From Orbicella franksi (Eukaryota), in assembly GCA_964199315.1 (NCBI GenBank), contig OZ116699.1, positions 30,504,001 through 30,568,000 on the forward strand: DNA of 64,000 nucleotides, given 5' to 3'. The notes under the pieces were generated by a model. It was not told the origin of the DNA. It did not search any database and worked only from the letters and a program-made list of their open reading frames with translations. The translations under genes and the position numbers were made by a program. This document shows, one piece after another, positions 46,179 to 61,100 of the stretch (its first letter is position 1; every line of letters begins with the position of its first letter).

Positions 46179-47187
46179 AGGCAAAAGCGGTGACTGTGAC
46201 TTGAACTGGTTAGCCATCATCAACTTAGCTCTCACAAGCATTAGATGGCTAACAACAGGACTGAGCTCATGACTAAAAGTGACACTACAAAAATAGAATT
46301 TTTTTTCTACCAGAGTAAATGTGTATCTAATTGTGAAAATAAATTGAGATTTATAATATAATGTTGTTTGTCTTTGTTGAAGAAATGTACCTACGTACCT
46401 TAAAACCCGTTTTCCTTTAACATCTACACTCTTTTTCTTTGCCCAATTGTATTAAAACAAAAAGGGTGAACCATTTGACTCTTGATGGAGGGGGGCGGGG
46501 GTATAGGCATGACTTTTTCAACCCTTTCGCGCAGTAGGAATTTGTATTCTCGGGACGTGTCTATGCATGATATTTTTGTCTCGATGTAACATGCTTCCTG
46601 TCGGCTCACTGAACGTGCGTGACATTTTTTTCGGCAGTGATCGTGTGCATGAAACTTTTTTGGTTAAGGATGCTTGTGGGGTATATTAATTTCAGTATAA
46701 CCGACTAAGAGAAAATGACTCCCTCTCATTTTCTCTTGGTATAACCCACCGCCCCCCTCCCCCTCCCCCCTCAGAAGCTAGATGGTGCACCCGTAATGAG
46801 ATCTTTTTAAGTGATTTTTCGAGGTTACAGACCTAAATTAGCGACGGTGACGTTTCAAGTAGTTTTACTGTCGTAAACTTCAAGCGCACAATTCTGATTG
46901 AGAGCCAACAGGGGTTATTTATGTCTGAACTTGTCAACCAAAAGAAGCAAAAGAAACTTCAGCATCGGATTAGCTAGCGCTGCTGCTGAATTTTGGATAA
47001 AATACCTCTAAACGTCAAAAATGCCGCATCTCTTCAAAGTTTTAGACTGGACCTAAAAGATTAACTGCATACATCTGAAGCCTGAGAGTGACTTCTTGAT
47101 GAGTTGCAATATCTCTTTTTTTTTTTTTTCCTTTCCTTTGTTTTATTTATTTACTGATCTGAACACGCAATCAGACTCTATTCGAGC

Positions 47188-47303
47188 TAGCCTGCGTACC
47201 TTGGCGGTTTCAGCAGTTTTTTAAGCAATTTCTCGTCATCACGGCTTCGCCGCTTTCTTAGCGCACACAAATTGTTTAAAAACGGCCAAGCTACGCAGGC
47301 TAC
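47188..47303. mobile_element. hAT-like MITE with TAGCCTGCGTA TIR and 8-bp TSD
   Basis: TAGCCTGCGTA ... TACGCAGGCTA(C) flanked by ATTCGAGC on both sides. Confidence 0.75.
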
Positions 47304-48281
47304 ATTCGAGCAAAAGCCCTTGTTTGAGATTTCTCTCTGTTTTGTAATTAGCACCCGTATGAATGTCTTGTTATCGTGACGCCATAGTTTTTGAAAAGTT
47401 TCCTCCACACAAAAACGCAAACCCGGCGTTTTCAAATTCCTTAGATTTGGAGATCGTTTTCGAAAAGCTCCGTTTTCGTGACGGATTATTGTGGACAGTA
47501 GGCGTAACCGTAGAAATAAAGCCGCGTCTTCAAATTCTTCCGTCGCAGTGTGGACGCTACTTATAATGCCTGATTATGATGTCAAGATGACATTGAAACG
47601 TCGTTTTTTTAGCGTTAGTATTGATTGTGAAGTTTCAAGTTGTTGATCCATTCATTTTAGTTATCTAACTTTTTATTTCCCACGAAACTAAACTTCTATG
47701 GAAGCATTTTCGATAAATTTAATTGATATTTTCCGTTAAATCTTAGATTATGTAAGGAGTGAACTTTTGACACTTTTTAACTCATAACTCGTAACTCTGA
47801 TTGGTTGATTTCGGTTAATGACCCTTTAAATTGACTTAATCGTGTGATAAGACTTTTGCACGACTAGGTTATTTCCCATTTCAGAGGGCAAATAACTAAA
47901 ATCAGCCATTTGGGTTTTCTTTATTAGCTCTTAGGACTCTTAGCGCGGGTAAAATTTTAGTGGGAAGGACGGGCATCAGTCACTATCGGTAATTCCCAAT
48001 CAGCTATCCTTTTTCTTCTAAAGTTTAGCCAGCTAAGCCAGATAACAATAGATTTGCATTGTATCGTATTGCGTAGGTATCGAATAAAGCCACGGAAGAA
48101 TAAAATGCGATCCTGAACGTGGCTAGTTTCACGCGTGGGTAGCGTGGGCACACTCGACCGTATCTGAATCGCGGGAAATGTTCAACCAATGAAAGACCGA
48201 GTCGATCTGATTCGATACATTTTGCAAAGCGTGGCTTTGAATTTCCCATAATGCCTCACCGGGCACTACGAAGTGAAGAAA

Positions 48282-49115
48282 ATGGCGTCTCTGACTGTGT
48301 GTGGTTCGAATGGAACTGGTTTGGGTCAGTTTCGATATCCACAAGGAATAGCTGTTAGCAACAAAGGTGAAGTTGCTGTCATAGATACGTGTAATCACCG
48401 TGTCCAGTTATTTAGTTCCGATGGCCAGTTTCTGAGAGCGTTTGGAAGTCAAGGAGTCAAGGATGACCTCATGAATTTTCCTTGCAGTGCTACCTACGAT
48501 AAACAAGATAATATCATCGTCACGGATTCTGACAATCACAGGTTGTTAGTGTTCTCTTCAAATGGCGAGTTAATACAAGAGTTTGGCAGCGAAAGCCTCA
48601 GAAATCCCTGGGGCGTCTGTACGACAAGTAATGGCAACATCGCGGTTTGCAGTGGAGGCGAAAAAGGAGAAGTTCAAGTTTACTCGCCGGACGGATCATT
48701 GGTGATGCAATTTAGTGATCCCTCTACAAACAGCCGTCCTTCGTACGTTGTCTACAGTCACGATAAGTACTTTGTGTCTTACAGTGACGATCAGTGTGTG
48801 AAAGCGTTCAATGGTCAGGGACAGTTGTTGTTTAACATCGGAGAGCCCGGCATAGGCGACGCACAATTCAACAGACCTCGTGGACTTGTAGTCGATGAAC
48901 ACGAGCAGTTGCTGGTCTGCGACGGCTGGAATAACCGGATACAAGTCTTCAGCCTAGAAGGGAAGTTTTTATCGAAGTTTGGAAGTCGTGGCAAAAGTCC
49001 AGGACAGTTAATTTTCCCCGTGGATCTTTCGATTGCTCCAGATGGACGGGTTTTTGTCATCGAGCTGAAGGGCGAGCGTCTTCAGGTTTTTCAAGGATTA
49101 GAGAAACAAGCCTAG
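48282..49115 (+). CDS. Single-exon NHL-repeat protein (six-bladed beta-propeller, TRIM2/3/71-like NHL domain only), 277 aa
   Basis: Uninterrupted ORF from aaaATGG at 48282 (the track starts at an upstream GTG). Six NHL repeats, e.g. GSNGTGLGQFRYPQGIAV, GEPGIGDAQFNRPRGLVV, GSRGKSPGQLIFPVDLSI, with DxxNHRVQ/NNRIQ motifs. CpG-rich upstream region with CCAAT (48186) and GCGGGAAA (48171). Confidence 0.9.
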   Translation: MASLTVCGSNGTGLGQFRYPQGIAVSNKGEVAVIDTCNHRVQLFSSDGQFLRAFGSQGVKDDLMNFPCSATYDKQDNIIVTDSDNHRLLVFSSNGELIQEFGSESLRNPWGVCTTSNGNIAVCSGGEKGEVQVYSPDGSLVMQFSDPSTNSRPSYVVYSHDKYFVSYSDDQCVKAFNGQGQLLFNIGEPGIGDAQFNRPRGLVVDEHEQLLVCDGWNNRIQVFSLEGKFLSKFGSRGKSPGQLIFPVDLSIAPDGRVFVIELKGERLQVFQGLEKQA

Positions 49116-51917
49116 AAATACATTAGCTAGTATGTGTGATCAAGATATGGTCCCAGTCAATCGAAAACCGTCCTTTCTTGTACATTTCCTACATAACTAA
49201 TTAATTGGTTTTATTTGTAAACTATATTTCGTGTCATATCATAGTTGATTCGATTAATTTTGTAATGTTTTGCTGTTAGAGTGACAGAGATTGCTATGTC
49301 TTGGTTAGATAGACAGGAACTTTTCAACCAGTATGGTTCAGATTTTCGTAGTATATGGCAAAGCAGTCCTAAAGCCTAGTTGTTGATACAGTAATTCCAT
49401 AATATGTCTTAGTGCCAAGGTTACTGTACTTGTGGTAGTTCTCTCTTATTTAGACATATTCATTATTGAACCAAAGTGCCTATCCACACAAAGCAGATGA
49501 AAGTTGTTTGTTCCTGTTTTGCTTACATCTTATCTCCACCAAATTTTCATTTTGGTTACAACATCTGCACTTATAAATAAAAAAAATTGCTTACGGTAAA
49601 ACAACAGTCACCTACGTAATTAAACACCTTCTGTTTTCGATGAAGGAACTTAATGTTTCCTTAAAATGAATTGACGGATCTGCCGTTTTGACCCTTGACA
49701 AAAATTTGGCATACTCTGTGACAGGGCAACAGAACTTTTGAAGTGCAAAAAACTTGTAGAGGTGAAAATCACCGCCTACACTTGTAAAATAGAAGTGATG
49801 ACAGATATGGTTGCAAAATAAACCAAACTTTGCCTAGTGTGGATGGGCACGAATGTCGTGCATTCTACTTCACCAGATCTTGTTCATAACATGTGCTGAT
49901 TGTGGAATGAGATCATGTTGTTTTTAGAAACCATCACAACAACATCCTCAGGAGTTTCAATAATAACACTGATCCCTGTTATTAATTATGTCAACCAAGA
50001 CAGGAGCTACCCAAGCCATTAGAGTATTACAATGTTTTCATTTGCAGTGTTGTGTGATTCAAGAGTAAAAACCTTCAAGTCTTTTGTAGGGTTATAGAAT
50101 GGCAAATGAAACACTTGATGAGATGCAAAGTCTTTGTTTAATAATCCAACATTGAGGCTACATTTTTGATTCTAAGCTTAGTATTCAATGCTGAACAATC
50201 CAAGCCCAAGACTCAAAACTAACATGCTGAAGGTGAATTAGGTCATGTACAAACATACATTGTTTTAAATTGGTTCTTGTGACAATTTGTGTGAAAGAAA
50301 TGTCAGCCTTTGTTGAACCTTGCTCAACTTCATAATATGCCACATAAGTCCTAGCTTCTTTGAGATGAATGATTCACAAATAATAATTTTTAACAGTCTA
50401 AGCTACTCTTATTTGACGTGAAGACAAGCCTGAGATTTTGAGACTAGTTCTAGACACAGAGAGTTCAAGACGAAACTAAACTTTGCCTCCACAGATCATT
50501 CTAGACCATTCTTCTTCTCTTTATGTGATGACAAATACATTATTTTGAACAAAGAAAGCAGTTTCAAGATTGCTGCTGCATGCTTTCACACTTTCATTTT
50601 CAGTATATTTTTTTTGAAGTAATTTTCATGTAGCTGATCAATATTACCAGATATAACCAGAATGTATTAAAAGGAGTAATATTTCCAAAAACCGTGTGAA
50701 TTCATATGTAGAGAAGAGTTATTGAAAATTCCAAAGGTATCCTCTATATCACTCTTGGCACAGCCATCTCAGCAGATTACAAGTTTCTGATGTGTCAAGT
50801 ACTGATCAACAAAATGCAGTCATTCTGGGTTCATATTGTGGTTATGTTCGTTTCTGAGCTTTTCTTAAAAGGCTGATGATTCAGTTATCAAGTCTTTTTT
50901 TGTTAGGTATTAGTTACATTACAGACAGTAGAAGAGGTATCTTTAATATACAATATTGCTTATGATTTTCATATGCAGTTACCGCCTTTCTAAATTCAGT
51001 TCAAGAAACTGGCTACCAAAGTTGTGCTTTATATGTCAATAAGGATATTTTCTTAACAATGCACTGTTAATCTGTTTGTGCATAACTGATTGTCCTATTT
51101 AATGGTCAATGCATGCACCAGTAATATTTACCAAACTGTACAGAGCAGAACAAACTCTGAGTTTGCACAGAATGACTGGTCTCAGACTTTCAAATTGTAC
51201 CAGGACAGAGAACCAACATACACAAACAACATAGCTACAGGTTTTAAATCAATGGTATGTTTGGTCACTGGGATTAACCTCTGCACTGATTCAATGTCAG
51301 CCCCAAGGCACATGACAAATTCATGTTGTTATTAAATTATACAATGGAATTTTTCTTGTATTAAAGATCTTACTGTAAACTCAAGTTGCAGGGCCTCAAG
51401 TCTCTGATTGATAACACTTATGTTTAGTTGATTTCGTTTATTAACATCTAATCCATATGATAATGAACAATGGCTTTAAAGGAACCTTTAATCTGGTTCA
51501 AAAAAACTTTGAAGGACACCACAGGATTCATTGCTGGATATAATTGGCAAACATTTTAAAGTGGCTCACACCTGAACAGTCCTAAGATATTAGCTGATAT
51601 TCAACCCAGAGATTATTACAGACGATGAAAACTCTACAGAGGTGCATGTATTGACTCTTCTTGGTTGCTACTTGCATGTAAAACAGCAACTGATCAGACA
51701 TAACACATCTTCCTAGAGAGATCAATAATACAGAATTCTCTAGGGGAGGGTCTTGACAGTTTTGTCAGATGTTTCAAGTACGGGACAAATGAACATTGAG
51801 CAAGTAAAGAGAGATCCCTGTTTATTTCAGCTGGGATTCAGCCATTTTTTGACCGTTGATTGCTGTTGCAAATCAAAACCTCTCCCCTAGAATTTCATGG
51901 AAACTTGGTGAAAGCAA

Positions 51918-52108
51918 TGTGTAGTTCCAGAAAATATCCATACCTCCCCCACGGAGGGGATTTTTTCTAACACCTCCCCACCCCTCTGGAAATTCCAGTT
52001 AAGCTTCATACATTTCTTTAAATTTTTTGGTCTTCCAGAACCCCCCACCCCCCAGGAAATTCCAATCCCTTCTGTGGGGGGAGTATGGATATTTTCTGGA
52101 ACTGCACA
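51918..52108. mobile_element. MITE, full copy of the TGTGTAGTTCCAGAAAATATCCATAC family
   Basis: 26-bp near-perfect TIRs. Confidence 0.85.
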
Positions 52109-52859
52109 ACGTTCACAGAGTGTTAGTGTCAAATAATGTGGAAGTAATATATTGCACACGAAAGACTGGTCATGTTTGACCACATAAATTTTCTGAACAC
52201 CAAGAAGAGAGTTGGAAATATGATGCAAAGTGGAATATTTTTGATGAACTTCAAGACGTTTGGAAATGTGGTCAAACACTATCTAGAGAGTTTGATATAT
52301 CTTCTCAATTGAAACTAAATAGAAAAACAAGGAATAAAATCATAAAAATTCATGCTAATAAATATTAGGATCAGATTCCAAAAATCGTGGTCATGATTTC
52401 CTTTGTTAAACTTGATGAATTTTATTAATGAGTTTGAGAAACACAAATAGTCAACTCCAACTTAACATGTAATAAAAATAAGTTTAATTTTTATTAATGC
52501 AGTGCTAATAAAACTAAACAATAGACTTTTATCACCAATATTCACTAAAGTATACTACAGGTGCTCAAACTAAATAAAAGTGTAAGTGCACAGTCCACGA
52601 TAGTGAAATAAAAGCCATCCTTGCTGGTTTCATCAAAGAATACCAGAGGGTGGGAACTGGCCTTTCACTAAATTCAAATAGACCTAGACATGAAAGTCAA
52701 TGACATGCTGCCACTTGAATTTTATTAAAGTTCTAAAAATGACATCCTCCCCACCACCCCGTATCCACCCTACAATAAATTACTTATTGCATAAAACTGT
52801 TCAGCTTAGAATAATTGCTTTGACTGTCTTGGCTTTGTTCTTGCTTCATCCCAGTCTAA

Positions 52860-55099
52860 TTACATCCCAGATACTTGACGGACAGTCCTTCGGAACATGC
52901 TTGAACCACGCCACAAGTTTCCCTAAGCAAGAAACGGTGCTGGTTAAACATTGTACATGACCACAAAGCAAAGCCATATAAATTTCCTCAAACAATAATA
53001 ATAATATTATGCCAATCCTTACTTGTTCGTTTTTGAATTCAAATAAAATCAATTGAGTTGACTATGGTTACCTACAAAGCTAGTGTTTAATAAAAATAAT
53101 ATACAGCAGCCAGACAATCTGAATTTCAAGGTTAACACATTTGACTGTACTCTCCGTTGATGTCAGTCTGATGAACTAGTAGTCTTGTATAAGGATGCCG
53201 TTTGGGCTTCCTCCCTGAATACAGTCAACTCTCGTTATAGTGGACACACTCGGGGATGTCGTTTGGTGTCCATAATAGCGAGGGTCTGTAATAGCGGGGC
53301 ATGAGATAAAAAGTGCCCTTATCTTACAATAAATAACATAGACAATGTCTGTGAAGCAAGGACTATTGTGCAGACAAAAAAAAAGGATAGATGTGAAAAT
53401 AAACATTCCTCAAGTCTTTTGAAGTGTATTTTGACAAATTAATGATGAACAGCAGACTGTAATTTTACATAATTATGTTATATCAGAAGTACGTGGTGTC
53501 TGCTTTATTGAGAGTCGAAAACAATAAAATTGTCATTTTGGTACCACTAAAGTGTCCGTAATTCCGTAATAGCAGGAGCTGTCCACAGGGCGAGAGTTGC
53601 CTGTAGAGTGTGATGAGCCATAAGAATATCTGCTTAGGAGGCTGGGGATCAACCACTCTATTTCAGAAGTTGACCTTTTAAGACCAATGGTCAACTTATT
53701 TTAACAATACCAACTCACTGATTTTCTGAGATATTTAAAACAATCTGTCCATCCAGAAAACACTGGCATTGCAGGAGGCTCTCCACCAGCAAGACTGCAA
53801 ACAAAGTAAAATGTGTCGTAATTACTGAAGATGTAGCTCTGTACAGAAACAACATTTTTACATGTGCATTGTTTTTTTTTTTGTATTACTTAGTAAAAAT
53901 AATATCAGCTCTCCACCTTAAGTGGTGGCTTCACGTAGGTACATTGTGCTTGCAGTTTCTTTGTTTCTTTAAATGTGGAGTAAGAGATAGTTCTTGCCAA
54001 AATGTGTCTACGGTGCCTAGAATATTACTCCTGTCAGTGTGTAGACCTTAGTAGAGGCGGTTAATACTTGGTGTGCTAAAATCCAGACTGAGCAGCCCAG
54101 GTTTGATCCCTGGCCGTGGTCACTGCATTGTGCTCTTGAGCAAGACACTTTTACTCTCAAAAGGTACAAATGGGTACCAGTGAATTTAATGCTGAGGAGC
54201 AAGTATGCAATGGACTAGCATCCCATCCAGGGGGGGTAGAAATACTCCTAGTTGTTTAGCGCTGGAAAAAAAAACAGAATTCATTCCAGCTGTATGAGCC
54301 ACTTCGCCCGATGCAGACTTAACCTCACCTTACAGCTGTACATCTTAACCTTGTAATATTTGATCAAAATTTGTCTTGTAAAAGTCAAAACAATGGTCTT
54401 AGATGGTGACTGAGAAATTTCATTTCTCCATGTAAACTGGGCAGAAAATGTTGTCTTGTGCTGTGCACTGATGACTAATATTTTGTTGAAAGGCAAGAGT
54501 AGTGTAACTTACCCAACATGGTTGACAATCATCATGTGTGAGACCAGAGTAAATGGGTATGTCACAACACCAGCAGCATACTGAAATGAAACAGTAAAAA
54601 TCTTAATTGATTAGGCCATGCATAATCCTATTTACATCATACATGTAGCTCATCAATTTTGACTGCTGTGTCACAACCCACTTTCTTCAGACTCTGAGTA
54701 TGATGTATAGTAATCGACAAAACCAAATTCCACCAGCTAATATCTTAGTACTGGTAAATGAACTTTCTTTGTACCAGTCAATGAGCCCAAGAATACTTGT
54801 GTACTATTCATGATTGTGTCTCCAGTTGAAGGCAGCACACTGTACAGTAAGGGCTTCTTTCAGTTTTACTTTTAGTTTTACATAGTGGTGCCATTCTCTG
54901 GAACAGTCTTCCTTGTAACTTAAGGGAAGCAGAGTCCCTTGGGCAATTCAAACAACTACTCAAAGAAGAACTGTAAGGCACAGCATTCGTGAAAAACAGC
55001 TTTTTATTCAAATATTTCTCATTATATCAGTATTAGGTATTTTTATAGCTATTTTTAGAGCTGACGAATTTTGTACCGTGGATAAATAAAGATTATCTA

Positions 55100-55154
<55 letters not shown>

Positions 55155-58100
55155 TGGATTGAATCAGACAACATACCTGGAAAAGTCCATTTGTATACAC
55201 CTGCACTTCTTTTCTCCTACTGACCTAGAAATTGAAATTTTAAAGAACTTTCAGAGCCAAGAACAAAAGAAATGTGTTGTTGCAGAAAATATCCATACCA
55301 GCTTAGCTTCCTACTTTCCTTTGAAATTTTGGCTTTTGAAACCCCCACCTCCTTGTAATTTCCATTAACCTTCCTTTGGGTGGGTATGGATATTTTCTGG
55401 AATGGCACAACGCTAGGTAAATTTGAGTGACACGATTGGCTTTCAAGCTGCCACCAATCGTTATCAAAAAACATTAAAACTATTTAGGAGTAACAAGATC
55501 ATCATTGAATGCATGAAACTTAACCACTGTTAATGTTTGTTCACTGACTACATTTTAAGAAGTTAATATTCTCACTCCTTACCTCACTATCAATGGCATA
55601 TTTGCTAACCAGGAAGCAAGCTCCTCTATATAACCACAGTGAAAGGATTTCTCCAAGAAGACGAGGAATAACACCACTATCGAGAAAAAAGGGAGAAGGT
55701 CTTTAGCAGGAAATCAATAATTCTACTAGACTATGTAACTCAAGTTTTAGTATGAGATCGTCTAGCCAGTTAATCCAGGACATCATTCAAGCTCAACAGT
55801 TAATGACCACACACTATCTTCCACGAGAGCAGAACAGATGGGATACAAAATCAGAAATGTGTTGACGTGATGCTGTCATTATACAACGTATGACTTCCTG
55901 AACAGACCTTCGAGTGGAAGGATATTCCACTGAGAGTTCATAACTGGCATGATGTTCATATGTAATATCTGATGGCAACTTGAAAGTTAAGTACTTTACT
56001 GAATATATCACTAATTTCAGCAATTATTCACACCTAAAAAATCCAGCAAGGCCTTCATTGTTGTAAATCTCTTTTATTGAAGCTCGAAGGCCACTGAAAA
56101 CAAACAAAACTAGTTTTAGAAGCAATTACAGAGCTATTTTGCTATTTGTAGCAACATAAAATTTTATACAACCTGTAATTAAATTTTAAAAAAATATATT
56201 GTTATAGATGTCACAGAAACAATATCCATAGACACATTGCATATTAATAATAAAATTTTTAGTTAGTTATAAGATGAAAAAATAAGTTTCAAGTATGTGA
56301 AATAAACAAACACATTTTTGTCATTAATACAGTTGCATTTCACGTACAGTTACTGGTAATATGTTACACCACAATGATGCAAATACTATAATTTAGTTAC
56401 AGGCACAAAGAGTCTGAAAGGAGTCTTCGATAATTCTTAAGTTCATATTGTTAATTAATTTTGAGAGATGCTTAATCAACTATTAGCAACCCACCAGCAT
56501 CATGTTTAACTCAGTAAATTGCAACACAAAAAAATAGGTGCCCAAAGGGTACATTGGTGGGATACCTCATTTGAATCAATGGTCATGAGCTGATGACAAT
56601 AGTGTGGGATACCACAGGTATCCCACACAAAAACACCGACCTGTAAATTGTTTCCTGCCCAACAAACTGAACCATCATCCTAACTGAGATTACTGCAATT
56701 TAATCAGGAAAAGCTGTTTACTTAAAACATAAGCAATAAAATACAGAAATTATTTCCTGAGTCACTGAATAAATAAGAATTTATTCTACATGCAAATATA
56801 GTGTGGCTGTAATGGTACCCTCATATACATGTAAGTCTCCAGGCTGACTGCCAAAAACACAGATTTGACATACCATAAAATGGGTGACTGATGATAAGAG
56901 CACTGCATTTTGCCACAGTCTGCATACAAGTCTAAAGGAAAAGAAGTTCAAATTCTAACATCAACTATTAACAGGAGACCTGTGATAACTTTGTTCATAA
57001 TGTTTGGTATTCTATTACACTGTGATACCACTGCTTTGGGGGTACATTTTAAAACATCCGCTATTTTTGGCAAACCTTCAAAATTATCCAATTAAAAAGA
57101 TACAATCAAGTAAAGCTTGCAGTTATAATATTATACCGTGCCTGTATGAACTCTAAAAACAGACACCTGGAACAATGAGATGACGTTACACACCACTCAG
57201 CAAAAATGATTTCTTGGAAATATGACTCACCTCTTTCCTCTGGCGGCATTACTTTCTGCCCCATCCCTACCTCCTTCCCTCCCACCAGCATAATTCAATG
57301 AAAAAATAAATGGCAAAATAAGATGTGAACTACAATTCATTATTAGCCATAACCAACGAGAGGAAACAAAAACTTTTACTTACTGTGATGAACTATGCAT
57401 ACCCGTAATTAGGTGTTATTGTGATTGTTGTTATTTTCGTAAGTGCACGTGCACATATGCGGTATTTAAGATGCAGTCTTGTAATTTATGCGCTCGGTGG
57501 TCAGTTTCACAGTGTAACGGCTAGCGCTGTTTGTGCGCAATTAAAGACAACATTTTACCGTTATTGTTCACTACACTTACCTCCTCCGCGAACTCTAGCA
57601 ACTCTTCTTCTTTGGTCTATAAACATGAAAAACAAATAAAGAAAACAGCCATGCCAGATGCAAGGAATGTTAAGCAAGTCATACATCATAATTACCATTA
57701 ATGATTTGATGTAGCACCTGGGGCACTACTAATTTACTTTTGGTAGCTCAAGCTTAAGGGAGGGCACTTATTGGAAAGGGGGCACTTATTAGAGGTAAAG
57801 CAAAAAAAGGGTAAAGTCTGCATACAAGCCAAGCAGCCCATAAGATAAGGTTGGCTCTTATCTCTGGTTTCAGTAACATGAAGCGACTAGGAGTATTTCT
57901 ACTCCCCCTTGGATGGGATGCTAGTCACTTGCAGGGTTACGCACCAGCATTAAATTTGCCAGTACCCATTTATACACCTGAATGAAAAGAGGCACTGTAA
58001 GAATAAAGTGACTTGCCCAAGAACACAACACAATGTCCCTGGTCAGGGCTCAAACCCAGACCGCTTGATCCAGAGGCGCGCAACCTGACCCTGGAGCCAC

Positions 58101-61100
58101 CACGCCTTGACAGGTGCATATTAGAGAGAGGTGTTTATTTCCATTAGGAAAAAATTCATTGCCACATGATACAACACTTCAACGAAAAACAACAGATACT
58201 TCAACCCACAAACAGTAACAACAGCAGAGCTCTCAAGTTTATTTGTTGACAAAGAGTGCAATCTTCAATAGCCATTGTTTGTGACACTGCAGGCGGCACC
58301 CCACAAGGGGGGTCTGGGGGCATGCTCCCCCAGGAAATTTTGAAAAATGGATGTAGCTAAGACATGTTTTCCTTCATTCTGAACAGAAATGTGATGCTTT
58401 AAAAGCAACTGTAGATCGCAGAATTTTCTTTTTATTGGACCAATATCAATGCTTTCTTAGCAATCTGACTTACATGTATCCAGAAGTCAAATTAACATGT
58501 TATAATGCTTGTTCTACATGCTGTCAGTCTGATCACTGACTGAACAAGGATGAATTATATCATAAAAGATAGTTTATTATGAAGGAACTTCACTAAAGCA
58601 GCAAGGAATCTTAAATGCATGAGAAATAATAGTTTCAGCATGACAACGTAAGATTAAATTTGTTTGCGTGAGTCTCACACTTAATGTGTGAGACTTGAGA
58701 GCCCTGCAATAGGGGTTTTGATGGTCGTAAAATAATGTTCCATATCATACTCAGATGATAAAGCAGACTTCATTATTCATTCACAACGAGTCTATTAATA
58801 ATCAGTTTTAAGCTATTCTTTGTCAATTTCTTGAATGTCACTTTTGCTTTTGGAGCCCTTACTAGAAGGGGGTGATTATTGGAATAGTGGCACTTACCAA
58901 AGAAGGGCACTCTATGGGCTGCGGGGGCACTTATTGGATGGAGGGCCCTAAATTAAATCATTATAGTACAGAAAAAAATCCATTTAGCCAACCTTATTTT
59001 CTGGGTGTACAAGAGGGACAAGAGCATTGTCTTTTGTACCCATTGCCTGTAAAAAACCAAAGATGACACCATTCAATTAAATATACAGTGGAACCCCGCC
59101 TTACGACCACCCCGTTAATACGGCCAACTCATTATTACGACCAATTTATTCTGGCCCAAACAAAAGCCCAGTCAGTCATTTTCTTATTTAAAGAACCCCT
59201 TTAATACATCCACTCCATTAATACGACCAGATTTTTGTGGCCCATTGGTGACTGGATTAATGGGGTTCCACTGTATTAATCAACTTGTCAATATATTCTG
59301 TACATGCATATATTTATTTCATTTATTAATTTTAAGATCTAGAAACACCTGGTGGACCTCAGCTCAACAAGCAGCAGTTAGGTTTTAAAATTCATGAAGC
59401 AACATGGAACATAGTGTCCATGATTGAAATGAGCAGAGAAAGACAGCTTCACATGAAAGCGTAGGGAAAGAGAGAGACATTTTTTTTGTATACATGCATT
59501 TTAAGCAACATTTGTTCTCATACCTGTAGAATTGTATTGTTTACAAGAGTTCCAATCATGGATGAGTAGACCCTAAAGACAAGTGTGAATTCTTGTTATA
59601 AAAAGTGAAGTTCATGTCAAACTGATCTTTATAGTTGCATGGAATTGAAAACAGTCATTAAAACTGTTGACTAAAAGCAAGCCTTACCTTGGTAATAAAC
59701 CCCTGTACAATCCACTCCAGCCATTGAGCTTCTTAACATGGTTTGCTAAAATACAAAAACAAAGAAATTGATACTAGCTGATTATAAAATTAACCTAACA
59801 TAGATACACAACAGTAATGAGTCCTCACTAAAGTCCAGAACGTGATCCATTAATAGTGATTTATTGTAAAACTGACGTACAGTCTGCACTAATTCTCTTA
59901 TTTCTTGTCTTATTCAGTTCATTCAAGATGATGTAATGTCTACCATTCCAAAATGCATGTTTCTTTTGCCAGAGCTGTACAGCTTTGGTCGTCCAAAATC
60001 ACAGTAGCAAAACATATGGGCAACAGCAAATAATAAATTGTTGTTCGGTGGCAGAGTTGTTGCATATCGTATTGTAGCCAGTGTATTCAGGTACATATTA
60101 TACACGTATAATTTGTGGGGAAATGTACTGTAACAGCCTTATCTAGAGTCCCTTACCATATTGAAAAAAGCTTGGTAGTCGTAACACCTTGGTTCCTAAG
60201 AATGTTTTTGATGGAGTTGGAGGAATTGGTTCATGACCAACCTTGATGTCATTCACAAAAAGAAAAATTGTTAACCTCTAAAACTGGACAAAATAAACAT
60301 ATGAAAATATTATATTAGATGTTACCAGGAGCAAAGCTCCGACAATAAAAATAATGTACTAGTAGTAAGAGGAGCAAGGCTGAAAACAAAGTTAAAAAAA
60401 AAATGTAAGGATTACGAAGCTAAATGACTAGGATGTGTTTTGAGTCTCCTTATTTACTAGGGACAGAAGCAGGACAGACAAGGGCAGGAGTCAGGAGATA
60501 ATGGTACGGGAAGTGGGAGACCAGGGTACAGGAGGCCTGAGGTTCTGAACCCCCTCTTCCCCTCGCCCGTCCCACGTCTCATTGCTGCCATTTCACTGGC
60601 TAAAACTTGATTTAGATGATCAGGTAACAGCAAGGGATTGGATGTAAACCCTTGTTGTTAGTATTGATGTTGCATGAGTCACACATGCATGGAAATGCAC
60701 CTTTTATCGTTAGCTTGTCATCATTTGCATAACTTGTTACACTTAGGTGGCCTCTAACAAAACCACCCAAAAAGCCAATTTGAAGTGATAGTATTCCAAC
60801 TGATGAAGATATCTGAGTGTGTAATGTCTTTACGTTTTTCCAGTGATGCTTGAAAATGTACCATGTTTTACTTACCACCTAGCTAGGAGCCTAGGACGAG
60901 CAGATCATGCATGTACTAAAGGCATCAGATACCCTCGATCGATACCCTCAATCAATACCCTCGATCGATACCCTTGACCGACCCTCAGTCGACACTCCAT
61001 CAACATCTCAGTTGACACTCGATGGACACTCGATCAACATCTCAGCCAACATTCAGTCGACTGGTCAACTAATTTCCGATCGATGCAAAGATGTCGGTTG

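Noticed and set aside
57230-57290. Strong minus-strand donor (GAG|GTGAGT) suggesting an extra MTCH2 exon
   Set aside because: No usable acceptor, and the model without it already gives a 30-residue loop equal in length to the human one.
59923-60105. Minus-strand ORF containing FGRPKLY, reminiscent of MTCH exon 2
   Set aside because: The true exon 2 is at 60241-60157; similarity is limited to three residues and splice sites are lacking.
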